Source of the DNA: Octopus bimaculoides | Taxonomy: Eukaryota | Direction: 5' to 3' | DNA: 64,000 nucleotides | NCBI RefSeq assembly: GCF_001194135.2 | Contig: NC_068982.1 | Span: forward strand, 134,134,323 to 134,198,322 | Shown: positions 52,178 through 64,000 of the stretch, piece after piece | How the letters are laid out: each line of letters begins with the position of its first letter | How positions within the stretch are numbered: position 1 is the first letter of the stretch | Position numbers and translations under genes: made by a program | Notes under the pieces: generated by a model | What the model was told of the DNA's origin: nothing | Database searches by the model: none | What the model saw: the letters and a program-made list of their open reading frames with translations, nothing else

Positions 52178-52802
52178 CTTCAAAAGAAAGACAAAAAGAA
52201 AATTAAATTCATTTAAAATTTATAACACTCTTTACATTTTCTTTTATATTTCATCTTCACAAATAATCATACAATTAGCATTTTGCAAGAAAACAGTTAT
52301 TAAAAATTTTAAGTAAATTATTAAAAAGTTGAATGTGAACAATTTATCAAAAATACAACAATTAGCATCTAACTTTTCATATTAATATAAGCAAGATAAT
52401 TATGAAAACTATTGCATATCTGTTTCATTTGTTTAAGGAAATATTTTAAAAAGGGATTCTTTTTTCAATGCTATGTGTTTGTTCATTTGATAGCTGGGTT
52501 TTTTATTCATGTTAGTTTGGATTCAACAGGGACTTAATTGCTGTGGCATTTTACAGCCAGATGCCCTTCTTGTCACCAACCCCACTTGTTTTTAAAGGAT
52601 TTTTTTATTCCAATAGTCTTGGAGAATGCAGAGTGATTGGTCATAACACCAACAAAGAAATATAAACATCATATCACTGTTACACTCATGAAATAAAAGC
52701 ATAGTAACACAATAAAACACTAGAAGCTTTGTTTCTCTACTCATTTTACAGAGACTGCCTCTGGTTCTATGACACAAACTTCTTGTTTTAAATTATCTAA
52801 AT

Positions 52803-53039
52803 CAGTGTTTCTCAACCATTTTTCACCTGTGGTCTCTTATTTTACTCATGGACCCTTCTAGCAATTCTATATTTAAAATATCATAATATTTTTATAATTA
52901 AATATTATTATAAACTGCATAAAAATTGCTAAAGTATTTTGTGAATTGTAGAAGTATGACAGATTTATTGCAGATAAATTATAACAAAATTTTATATGGA
53001 CCCCACAAGGGTCATAAGGACCCCAGTTGAGAATCATTG
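52803..53039. mobile_element. hAT MITE, with termini like those of 34192-34592
   Basis: 8-bp TSD ATCTAAAT on both sides; termini cagtgtttctcaa and ttgagaatcattg. Confidence 0.88.
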
Positions 53040-53460
53040 ATCTAAATTAAAAACCTTCCTTCAAAATTTCATACCAATTTATGTTCCAAACACCAACTTA
53101 ATAATGATACAATATTCTATTAATTCAAAATTAATTGAAACAAAGGCAGTGCATTTCAACAAAAATATGATAGAAGGAGAGTAGACTGTTAACAATAAAG
53201 TTGGAATTGAAGTGAGTTTTGAAAACCTTACCAGTATTAGTAATCTGGGAATGTTAGAAGAAAGAGAAAAATTACTTAAAATTAGTGGTGATGCATTTAA
53301 CACGAGACAAGATATTATGTTGCAGTTGAGAAAGTTAGAGGTGTTTTTGAGCTGTCAACTAAATAAAAGTTCTTTTTGTTTTATTTTTTTCATGTCTAAC
53401 CAAGCCATACTACTGTGGAAAAAAATAGATTTTAAAAGGTTCTTTAAATATTTAACTTAC

Positions 53461-53527
53461 CAAAAGATGTTGTTCTACATTTGTGATAAGTTGGTTTCCC
53501 TTTTACATTTTTGTTAAACGCCCAAAT
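53461..53527 (-). CDS. Ptp10D: R3 PTP exon 6 (IWAFNKNVKGKPTYHKCRTTSF)
   Basis: atcttttag| and G|gtaagt; 67 nt, phase 0 to 1; completes the FN3 strands and bridges the phase. Confidence 0.85.
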
Positions 53528-54570
53528 CTAAAAGATTTTAAAATAACTTTAATTTTAATTTAGGGGTATCTTAAATCTGGTTTAATTTTGTCTATTGTGG
53601 TATTATTCATTTATGTTTTTTCTTATTTCTAATGTGAAATAAAATTATATTCAATCAAACAAATATTAAATAATCAACTTTTTATAAGTAAATAAAATTA
53701 GCCTTGCTGAAAAATTATTTCAAGAGCATGTGATCAGTACAAGTAAGTAGTGAGATTACTATAATTTCAATACACTTTAGACTTTTCTCAGAGTCAGTAC
53801 AGCTAAGTCAAATGAACTCTTTTTCAGCTGGCTATGAAAGAATATAAACTTTGCTATACATAAAATAAGAAGTTGCTTTCTCAAAAAGCATTTAAAGTTT
53901 ATAATGTGCATTACACTGTACAGAACAAAACATAGCTTCACAAAATTCAAAGCAAAATAATGATCATTCACTTACTATCACAAATTCTCATTAATATGAA
54001 TTTTAATCCCAAATAGGGGTACAAATTGTTTGCAAAATAGGAAAACTGTACATGCCTTAATTCCGAGGATTAAAGCAGCTCTAACAAGCAGGCAGTCTTA
54101 ACAATAAGGTTTAACTAGATGCAAGCTAGTAGATACTTGGTAGTAAAACACAAGTGTAGACTGCATGATTGATATAGCGAATAGCAGCTAATAGATCTCA
54201 ACCAGACTATCTAAACACTTTATTTTGTTATTAAAGTTAATAAATTCATGTAAATACACTTGAATATGCAGTCATCAATTAGCCAGTGTTAAGTATATTA
54301 AGTTTGCAGCTCACCTCACATTATTCAGTTTATGTAATAAGTTTAAATGAAATGTTTGAGAAACAAATATGAAAATGCAACTCAAAACCATATGATTATT
54401 TCTATCCATATCAGAATTTGGCTATTTTGAAGACAGACTTGCCAAAATAACTCAATGTTTTGGTCTATATAGGGTAGGGCCTCAGTTCTATCTGTTGATG
54501 AAACTTCTGAGAATTTTATTTAAAAATGAAAAATTATTAATATCGTGAAATAAAAAAACAAAAAACTTAC

Positions 54571-54645
54571 TATTGTGCGATAACAACAACCCGGTTTGAT
54601 TGAGAATGTATATGATGTCTCATTTGTATATTCAAAATCATCCAC
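54571..54645 (-). CDS. Ptp10D: R3 PTP exon 5 (VDDFEYTNETSYTFSIKPGCCYRTI)
   Basis: tttactttttcag| and |gtaagt; 75 nt, phase 0-0; supplies the FN3 xPGxxY motif. Confidence 0.85.
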
Positions 54646-57207
54646 CTGAAAAAGTAAACTTCATTTTGTACACAGACTATAGTCATAAATACAAACAGAA
54701 TGGTTTTACCCTTTGTCCCTGTGTAAGGGGTAGGTGCCTCATCTGGGACATTATGGTCTGCTATTCCTTCGCTCCCTCTTACATCCTGGATACTGCAGTA
54801 AATGAGAGGGTCACTACTTTTGTAGCCAAACAGAACAAAATCTTAAGTATCAAGACTTGTTAGTGAACTATTTCTTCTAGCCTGTGGTGTTTGAGATGTT
54901 TGGAGGGGATGGGCTACTAACAATGAAGTTCTTGTTATCACTGGTGGCTTGCCTTACCTAGGTGACAGGTGATGCTCGTGAGGGTGCTTTGGCTGCTCCA
55001 ACACCTTAGCCTTGCCATCGCCCATGATAATGTCACAAGCATGTTGGCTTGCTTCAGTAGGTTCTATTGAACCTTGTGATGTGCAATCAATTGAAGCACT
55101 TGGTGTTGAATTGATGTTTTTCCCTTTTTTCATTCTCTCCTTTTCCTTTTTTTTTTCTTTTTCTTTCCTTGTCCCTCTTTTTCCATTTTTTCTCCCAGTT
55201 TTGGATTTATATTTTTAATGTAGTTCTGCATTATACGTGTCATATGCATACATGTTATATCCCAATAAAAATAAGACAAAATATATTTATATAAAACAGA
55301 AAGTATCGAAATCAGACAGAAAGAAAAGACACCCACATGTAGATGTGTGTGTACCTCTGTGTGTCACTACACACACTGCTTTTCTATTCAATTTTTTTCA
55401 CCATAAATCAATATAAAGCTATCAGTATCACATTTCTCTATGCTTCACTAACTTCTCACTCCTTTTCACACACACTTTTCTACCACTCACTTAGTCATTA
55501 CACTCTCTTGGTCAAATCTGTCTTGAAAAACAAAGCCATCAAAGAGTACAGAGAACTCTTTAATCTCATAAAGAACATGGCAACAACCTCCCTTCCCCTC
55601 TCTCTCTCTCTCTCTCTCTGTTTTCCTTTTTCTCTAGTGTTGATTCTATAACCAAATGTAGCCAAAACACAGTGAAGTCGTTGATGCTAGCAATAGCATC
55701 AAGCCACAAAATCATGCAAAAATGGACTGTAGGAACAAGATGTGGTTTCTCTGACTCACCTAAGAAGGAAGAAACTCTGAACAAGAACTGACCCAGACTA
55801 TGACAATCCATCCATTTTGCGACAGCAAGGAAAGCAGACAAGAAACAATGATGATGATCATCATCATCATCACTGTGTCTCTATTATTACTCTCTCTATC
55901 ACCTTCTCACTATTATCACCCAATTTCTCTCCTCTCTTACTCCTTCTTCTTTCATCTACATGCCCTAGTTCTCTCTTTATCATTACTATTTCATTTATTC
56001 AGCCTTAACCCAAAAAAAGACAACACAAGGTCAAGAGGACACTTTAGTTGAGGACATGACATCCTTTCTAGTGCTGGTGCTTCAATAAAATGTATCCAGT
56101 AAATCTGGTAAAATGGTTGGTACTGTGAAGGGCAACCATGCATAGAAACATGCAAAAAACAAATATGAGCAAGATCATCATCGTCGTCGTTTAACGTCTG
56201 CTTTCCATGCTAGCATGGGTTGGACGATTTAACTGAGGACTGGTGAAACCAGATGGCTACACCAGGCTCCAATCTGATTTGGCAGAGTTTCTACAGCTGG
56301 ATGCCCTTCCTAACGCCAACCACTCAGAGAGTGTAGTGGGTGCTTTTACGTGCCACTGGTACGAAGGCCAGTCAGGCAGTACTGGCAATGGCCACGCTCA
56401 AAATGGTGTATTTTATGTGCCACCCGCACAAGAGCCAGTCCAGGGGCACTGGCAATGATCTCTCTCGGAAGTCCTTACACATGCCGAGGGCACAAGTGCC
56501 AGAAAGGCGACGCTGGGCACAGGTGCCATCACGATTTCACTTTCGCTTGCCCCAATAAGTCTTCGCAAGCTGACTTTCGTGTCCAATGAAGGAGACGATG
56601 TTGGCATGGGTGCCAGTCATCGAATTTAACTCGATTTCAATTTCACTTGCCTCAACAGGTCTTCGCAAGTGGAATTTAGTGTCCAATTTAACTTGATATG
56701 ATCTGTAATGGCAATAACTCCAAATAAGAACAGACTTGGATAGAAACCACCCACCTAACCTACGCCAGCATGGGAAGAAGACATAAAATGATGAAGATGA
56801 TAGCATGGGTTGCATGGTTAGGAAATTTGCTTCTTAACCACATAGTTTTGGAGTCAGTCCCACTGTGCAGTACTTTCTGCTATAGCTTCAGGTCAATCCA
56901 AGTCAGAAAATGAAAGAAGTCAATCATGTGCATGTGATTGTGCGTGTGTGTGTGTGTGTGCGTGTATTTACTTGTTCAGATATACCACGATAGATGTAAA
57001 TAAGCATCACTGTCACACAAGAAGCGTCATTCGTTTTCAAAGTTCCATGTAAACATGTCTGGCAATAGGGAAATGCAACCACACTTGTAAAAACAGGTGA
57101 GCATAGGTTACAGAAAGAGTACCTGGCTTTAGAAAATCTGCTTCAATAAATTTTGTCTGATCCATGGGAGCATAGAAAAGTGGATATTAAAAAGACAATG
57201 ACGATCG

Positions 57208-57244
<37 letters not shown>

Positions 57245-57317
57245 TCTTACAATGAACTTTCAGAATATTTATATGTAAAATATATAAACAAAAAATAATG
57301 ATAAAGTTTGTTCTTAC

Positions 57318-57371
57318 GTTAAATTTAGAGCTTCCTTTGTTCTGTTTTACATCCCCACAGGGTACGCAGTC
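57318..57371 (-). CDS. Ptp10D: R3 PTP exon 4: 54-nt symmetric exon (DCVPCGDVKQNKGSSKFN), loop insertion in the FN3 domain
   Basis: tttttgcattttcag| and |gtaaga; phase 0-0; open frame; not strictly needed for frame, so less certain. Confidence 0.72.
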
Positions 57372-57648
57372 CTGAAAATGCAAAAATATGAATGCTTTTC
57401 AGATGAGCTATTTTTGTCTTTTTCTTTCTTTTTTTCTTTTTTTTCTTCTCTAATGATCACTTTTTACTATCTTATGATAAAATTAATCCATGACTTCTTT
57501 GGTGAGATTTAAATAAAGAACATATGTGTCCTGCTTGCAATAAAAGATTTTGTTCTTCTGCTATTATGGTTTTCTGACATTTTACCACTTTAAATACCAA
57601 GTTGCTCAAGACCAACCCTGGTTCTTTTATACAAACTTCTTGCTTTAA

Positions 57649-57868
57649 CCCTTTAGCATTCAGATTGCTCTGGCAAATGTAATGCTTATTTATTCATATT
57701 GCTTTGAATTAACTATGTATTATCTTGTAGCTTTGAGACTTCAGTGGTGTGTTTGTTTAGTTTTAAAATAACATTATAGAGGAGGTGCAAAAGGTTGAAC
57801 CTGGCCAGTTTGAACATAAAACAGTTGGAATATTTGAGCTGGATATGGCTGGTTTAAACACTAAAAGG
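57649..57868. mobile_element. piggyBac-like MITE; opposite-orientation copy at 63386-63607
   Basis: TTAA flanks; termini ccctttagc and ctaaaagg. Confidence 0.75.
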
Positions 57869-59646
57869 TTAAAGTAATCTAAATTAAAACCTAGCATTAA
57901 AATTTCATGTTATTTATATTCCAAATAGCAGTTTAATGATGGCAAGGTTATTTTAATAAATTCATTATTTTTTCGAAATTAATTGAAATAAAGGCAGTGG
58001 TGTTCAACAGAAAGATGGCAACATAAGGGTTAAATTATCAAATATTTCAGGGAAATTAAAATGCTGGTGATTAGATGATTTCAAGATCTTTTGGATACAA
58101 TATGCTTGGGTGTCCTTCAATTGTATATTTTAAGTAGCCACAGAAAAATTTTAGCTAATGAAATGCTCATTATTTATACCATTATACCAGCATCTATATC
58201 AATAAAATATACCTTTTCAATATTAGTAACATTCAATTAAGTAAAATGGTTAAGAATTTCACTTCTAAACATTAAATTAAAGTAAACTTTATAACAAGAA
58301 TCTTAGACCGAAAAAATATGCACAGAACCACTAAAGGGGCTTAAACCATGTACTTGTCATAATCCAGATGAATGTACTAACTATTGTAACATAACAACCA
58401 GGCAGACCCTTTCTATGCAAATTAGCAACAAGGTATCAGCATGCAAGCTATTTGTTCATATCTATCTTGGCTGTTATAAAAGGTCCCGGATATTTCATGA
58501 CACTTAATTCTAGGCTGTGTAAAGATCACATCATGTTTTATTTATTCTTTATTCTTCATTTCACAAAGTTTTCATGTATGAAATTTTTCCATGTTATTAA
58601 GGTTTTGAAAAGTTCTACAATAAACTACTAATTTTTAATTTAACTGGATTAGGCCAGTGAGAATAAAGTATCATTGCCAAAGGCAGTTTCTTGAAAACAA
58701 TCACAGATGCTCAGAGAAATTCCATTTTGATTTTTTAAAGTTTTAAAACAATTTCATCATCATTTTCCTAAGCTGGCAGCAACTGAATATTTCTGTAAAT
58801 TTGAATATTTGAATTTGTATAAGAAAATGTTTATAACTGGATGCTCTTTTTAATAATGAGTTGAATAACATTAACCTTTTAGCATTTAAGACAGTCATAT
58901 CTGGCCCATATATTCTACCTGTTTTATGCTCAAACCAGTGATATCCAGCTTCTCGCACCTACCCTACAATGTCATAAAAATAAATGATCCAACTTTTGAA
59001 ATTGTGAAGCTACAAGATAATGCATCAGAAATTCAAAACAATATGAATAAATTATGTTGAAGTAGCATGTATTTTCTGTTAGGCTGGTCATTTTGGCAAT
59101 ATAAATGACCAAGTTGATAATATATTTGATTATCAACTTATGAACCATGGATTCAAATTTCTCTGTTAGCATAGACATTCCATTGTTAGAGAATTCTACT
59201 TAAATTAGTTTGCCTAACATAAACGCAATGTTTAGCTGAGAAAAGTAACTAAGAATAATGTAGACTCTTGTTCAAGAGATTCTTTATCTATCATTCACTT
59301 GATTTTATAGAAAGCAGAGCTAAGTATTGTCCCTTTCATGCATTTTAATTTGTGACTGAGCCAAATAAAGCAATAAGCTTTAACAAAAAGTAAAACGGAA
59401 TGCTTGAGGATAAATTTCAACAGCAATTGTTCGAGCTGTTATTTCAACACAGCTTATACTCACACAGTCTCAAGTAATTAAAAATCTACAAAGGCACAGG
59501 CATTGCTGTGTGGTTAAGAGGCTTGCTTTGCAAATATGTGTTTCTAGGTTCAGTCCTATTATGCAGCACCTCAGGCAAGTGTATTCTACTATAGATCCAG
59601 GGCCATCAAATGCTTTGATAAAAAGAAACTCTGTGAAATCTCATAG

Positions 59647-59679
<33 letters not shown>

Positions 59680-60069
59680 TTGTCTCCCACTACTGCTTGA
59701 CAACCAGTGTCGGTTTGTTTAAGTCGCCATAATGTAGTGGTTTAGCAAAATAGACTGATAGAATAAGTACCAGACTTAAAAACATGTACAGTGGTCAATT
59801 TGTTCAATTAAATCCTTCGACACAGTGCCCTTGCATGACTGCATGGCCACAGTCCAATGACTGAAACAATTAAAATATGAGAAAGAATATAGTAGTGTAA
59901 ATAGTTGAAATTAAACTTACAGTAATGAAGTTCTCTTCAGAAAATGTTATAACATACACTAACACTAATGAAATTCTTTCCCCACACAAGTGTAATGAAC
60001 TTAGGATATTAAAACCTATTCAAAGTGACTATATCAGTTGAATAATTTCAGAATGTGTAAGATACTTAC

Positions 60070-60200
60070 TTGACTCTTTGAACATGATTCGGAATAACCT
60101 ACTTTGTAGCGTGTGATTATTGACTGTGAAGGAGGTGACCAAAATAATATTAATTCAGAAACAGATTCCTTTACAGTTATATTCACTACTTCTTCTGGAG
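60070..60200 (-). CDS. Ptp10D: R3 PTP exon 3: FN3 N-terminal half (PEEVVNITVKESVSELILFWSPPSQSIITRYKVGYSESCSKSQ)
   Basis: cattttag| and |gtaagt; 131 nt, phase 1 to 0; WxPP and YxVxY FN3 motifs. Confidence 0.9.
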
Positions 60201-62657
60201 CTAAAATGTATAATTAGAATTCTTTTATTTTATTATCAATAATATTAATGATACCAAACAACAAGAAACAAAAAAAAAATTCTTTAGTCTGATTAAGACA
60301 GAAGTCCCAGTACATTAGTGGAAATTATTTTCTCAATCCAGAGATGGAGAAACTAAACATTTCAAGGAGGAAACTAAACATAATAACCCATTTGGCCTGT
60401 TGCACTAGTGCACTGATTATATCATCAAACTTTGATGTTATATACTGAAGGAAAATATTTCAATTCACACAAGTTTCAACTTTATTCCTTATATTTGAAT
60501 TTTTCTCTAAGGAAAGAAAATTCCTTAATTACAACAGACAATTTACTTTACAGTGATTAACTCAGAGAAGGCTTTTTATAGGCTTTTACACTCTGCAGCC
60601 AGTTGTGAGTCTCTAAGAAAATTAGATGTAATAGCTAACTGTAGAACCCTAAGTAAATGTCTATCATAGCCTCATGTTGATCATTGCTCTGTGAATGAAA
60701 TTTAGAAGGAAAAATCATGCAGAAGATCATTGTATGTATATATTGTATGTAGTGATCACAATCACAAAATGCATGATATAAAATAATCAAAAATAACTTG
60801 CAAATTACGTAGAAAAGTGTTGTTAGTTAAATTAAGGTTGGTTGTGAGTTCAGTGACTAATGCAGTCCTCCTTTTCTTTCTTCTCCGAGTGGTTGCAACA
60901 GGGACGTATCTTACTGTCAGCTTTGGTAGATCCTCAGTTTTAAGTTACGTGTTTCAGCCAATAATATCAATGTAACTGAATGGTCTTAATTCTCTATTAC
61001 AGTATAGAAGTCTCCAAAATATAACATCTGATGTGACTGTTTTATTAAGCATGGCCACCAAAGCCTACCCCGTAATTATTCCAATTTCAAAGAATGGTAA
61101 CCTCCACCTGCCTCAGAGCAACAGACGAATTCCATTTTTACTTCTATCTTCAAAAAATCTAAAGCTGTAAGTGCCTAAATAGAATTTCATCTTACATATC
61201 CCATTCTAAAGTAGAACCAAAACGACTCCTGCGAAGACAGATCAATACTAGCTCAAATGCTTGACCTTAGAAGAATTGTAGAAGAATTCAAAATCTCCAT
61301 GTAAAATACATCAATATTATTTCTCCAAGCATTTGTTTGTGTCAACAAGGACATGCTATATATCCTGTAGAACTATGGTATTCCAGATGAGAATGTCAAA
61401 GCCATGACCACCATGTATAAAAATCCATCAAACTTCACAGGCAGTCTAACTATTTTCAATAATAGAAGTAATCCCACAGGAATATGTCCTTACTGGTTTT
61501 CTTTTGGCAATTATAAAAATTTATAAAATTTGAGTTCTGAAATTTTGAAGCTGGAAAAAGCACTCTTTCCTCCAGTCTGCATGGTTTCTTGCAAGATTCT
61601 CAAAGTATCTTTTCTAATATTCAGGTGTTTCAAATTATTTTTGAATCTGTCCTTATACCGTAGAAGTTGCCAGCCAACACTGCATCACAAATTTTCAAGC
61701 TAATTCAATTAAGAAGGTTTCTATACCAGGTATTCCACACATTTTCAGGACAGTGCTATTCTTTACTCTGCCATCTCACTTAGCCTTGCATATTTGCCTA
61801 AGACATGTCATATGAAAGCTATTCAGTTGAATTATGTGCTTATAATAATTTTTTGGATGTGATGATGATGATATATAGCTTCTTAAGTTTAATAAGTTTG
61901 GTATGAATTTTTTTGTGTTCCTATGTGGCACTGCATAATAATGTTGAGTTGGTCAATACAATGAAAGTGAAATTTAGTAGAATGAAACAATACAGAAGTC
62001 CCCTCCTCCCCCCCCACCCCGCCATTTCTCTTTCTCTCTCACACACAAATACAATATCTTAGCTAGTTAAACATTCTACAGAGAAATTTCAACTTTTAAT
62101 TGCTTAGATAATATTAGTTGATCAAAGTTTTTCAGATCATTATAATATGTATGTGAGTACTGCCTATAACATATGCAAGTATTTGTATTCAGTTTGCAGA
62201 ATGTTCCAGAGATATTTTTATCTCAGTTATATCATTAATCATGTGTATATGGGTCTAAACTTGTTGTTTTATTAAATCTTTTTTTTTTTTTTATATATAT
62301 GTAGTTTAGTTAATACACAACACTGGAAGCTCTGCATTTCTAATGATGAACTTTCATTAGCAAACTGATAAAAACAAAAATATGGCTAATTTGTACATCC
62401 AACTTAACTTGGGTATATTTGTGTGGGTGTTTATAAAAGGTTTAAAGAAACAAAAAAAAAACTCTTGTTGGTATTGTGTCTTTTTATGTCAGTAATGTAG
62501 AAGCCTGAGAAATAGGGACCAATAAAATAAGCAGCATACTGAAATAAATACTAGGGTTTATATGATTTGCTAAATATATGAAGGTGGGACCTTAACATGT
62601 CTACAGGTGAATGACTGAAACTGGTTAGAGAATAAAACTGTAAAAGAATATACTTAC

Positions 62658-62915
62658 CAGTATAAAGACTTATATATAAATAGGTATCACTCTTTACACC
62701 AAGAGATTTGCTCCATATTTTAATTCCATATTCTTTACCACTTTCTAAGTCCAAGGTTGTGTTTCTGATGGGCACAGTAAAATATTTAGTGTTGTTCTCA
62801 GTCACATATTCAATATACCATTCACTTGCAACAGATATAGTACTATCAATATACCATTCTATAAACAATTTATTGTTTGTAAGATTTTTTGTCGCACTAG
62901 TTGGTGGTAATGGAG
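62658..62915 (-). CDS. Ptp10D: R3 PTP exon 2: complete FN3 domain (PLPPTSATKNLTNNKLFIEW...LESGKEYGIKIWSKSLGVKSDTYLYISLYT)
   Basis: ttattttag| acceptor, G|gtaagt donor; 258 nt, phase 1-1; FN3 Trp and Tyr positions present. Confidence 0.92.
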
Positions 62916-63139
62916 CTAAAATAATTAAGATAATAAAAGAAATTTTTTAATTTTATCTTCTCACAATGAGACAGAAGAAATATAAATCAATAACCATTTC
63001 TATTAAAATGTATTATGTAAGATGGTCTTGGTCTTCAAATGTAAAATTAAGGCTCCCTTTGAGTTTTTTGTAGGATATATAACAATTATTCATCATGTAA
63101 ATAACTCAAGCAATGTAAAATATAATATTGGCTTCAAAT

Positions 63140-63343
63140 TTAGGCACAAGGCCAGCAATTTCAGGTGAGGGCATAAACTGATTACACTGACCCCAGTACT
63201 CAACTGGTACTTATTTTAAATGAGCCTGAAAGGATGGAAAGCAAAGTTGACCTTGGCTGAATTTGAACTCAGAACATAAAAATAGATGACATGCCACTAA
63301 GCATTTCGTCTGGCATGCTATCAATTCTGCCAGCTCACTGCCT
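63140..63343 (-). mobile_element. Family A SINE
   Basis: Reverse complement matches the head and body of 228-470. Confidence 0.75.
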
Positions 63344-63723
63344 TATTGTAAAATATAATATTAACAACATACTATCTTACTTTAACCCTTTAGCATTTAA
63401 ACCAACCATATCCAGCCCAAATATTCTACCCGTTTTACATTCAAATCAGCTAGATCTAGCCTCTCATACCTATCCAACAATATCATTCTAAAAATAAACA
63501 ATCACATCACTGAAATATCAAAGCTACAAGATAATGCATAATTAATTCAAAACAATGTAAATAAATAAGCATTATATTAGACAGAGTAATCTGAACGCTA
63601 AGTGGGTAAGATGTTGAAATGTAATGTTCAACCATGAAAAATAATTAGTATCCAAGTTATCACTATTCTAATAAATCAGATTTGGCAATATCAATAATAT
63701 TAGAATTCATATCAAAGACTTAC

Positions 63724-63842
63724 GGAGTATTATAGTTTTGCTATATTCACTGCTGTTTCTCCCAAGAGAATGTACAATGATAGATAAATCATATGATTTT
63801 CCAGCTACCAGATTCGTAAATGTATGTGTGTTTGTGTTTTCC
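63724..63842 (-). CDS. Ptp10D: R3 receptor PTP exon 1 in window: second half of an FN3 domain (ENTNTHTFTNLVAGKSYDLSIIVHSLGRNSSEYSKTIIL)
   Basis: Acceptor tttttaag| and donor |gtaagt; 119 nt, phase 2 to 1; FN3 pattern NLxxGxxYxLSIxxxS. Confidence 0.9.
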
Positions 63843-64000
63843 CTTAAAAATAAAAGATTCATAATTGACATATACTGGAGACAATACAAATTCAAGTTCA
63901 AATATTTACAAAGATCTTTTTTGCTTTTTCTTTATTTTGTTTCTCTAAGTATCTCAACCTTTCACTACATGTCATATATATATATATATATATATATATA

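Noticed and set aside
53970-54000. Isolated gtaagt donor on the minus strand
   Set aside because: No credible acceptor upstream, and the reading frame is already completed by exon 53461-53527
58395-58490. ATGCAAAT octamer followed by a TATA-like tataaaa
   Set aside because: Single short motifs in AT-rich DNA with no downstream RNA gene recognised

Overview
AT-rich, microsatellite- and SINE-dense animal genomic DNA. The repeat landscape looks like an octopus/coleoid cephalopod, which is an inference. The window holds the 3' ~55 kb of one minus-strand gene, an R3-subfamily receptor protein tyrosine phosphatase of the Ptp10D/Ptp4E type. I assembled 16 coding exons by hand (63842 down to 8993, 2302 nt). 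All junctions are GT-AG and all phases are compatible, giving about 766 aa. The domain order is FN3 repeats, an R3 membrane-proximal domain, one TM helix, one intact PTP domain ([23 protein letters not shown]), then a tail with two DIYEN motifs ending DDEGIHVDSA*. The 5' part of the gene lies beyond position 64000. The introns contain tRNA-type and RTE-tailed SINEs, RTE, CR1-like and R4-like LINE fragments, mariner, hAT and piggyBac-like MITEs, foldback elements, and a very recent LTR insertion with a 5-bp TSD. The best leads are a near-complete type I hammerhead ribozyme fold, the LTR insertion beside a catalytic exon, a Cys-rich FN3 domain split over four small exons, and candidate micro-exons and a recursive splice site. 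Nothing here proves a new system; these leads need RNA data. Repeat boundaries are approximate unless a TSD is quoted.
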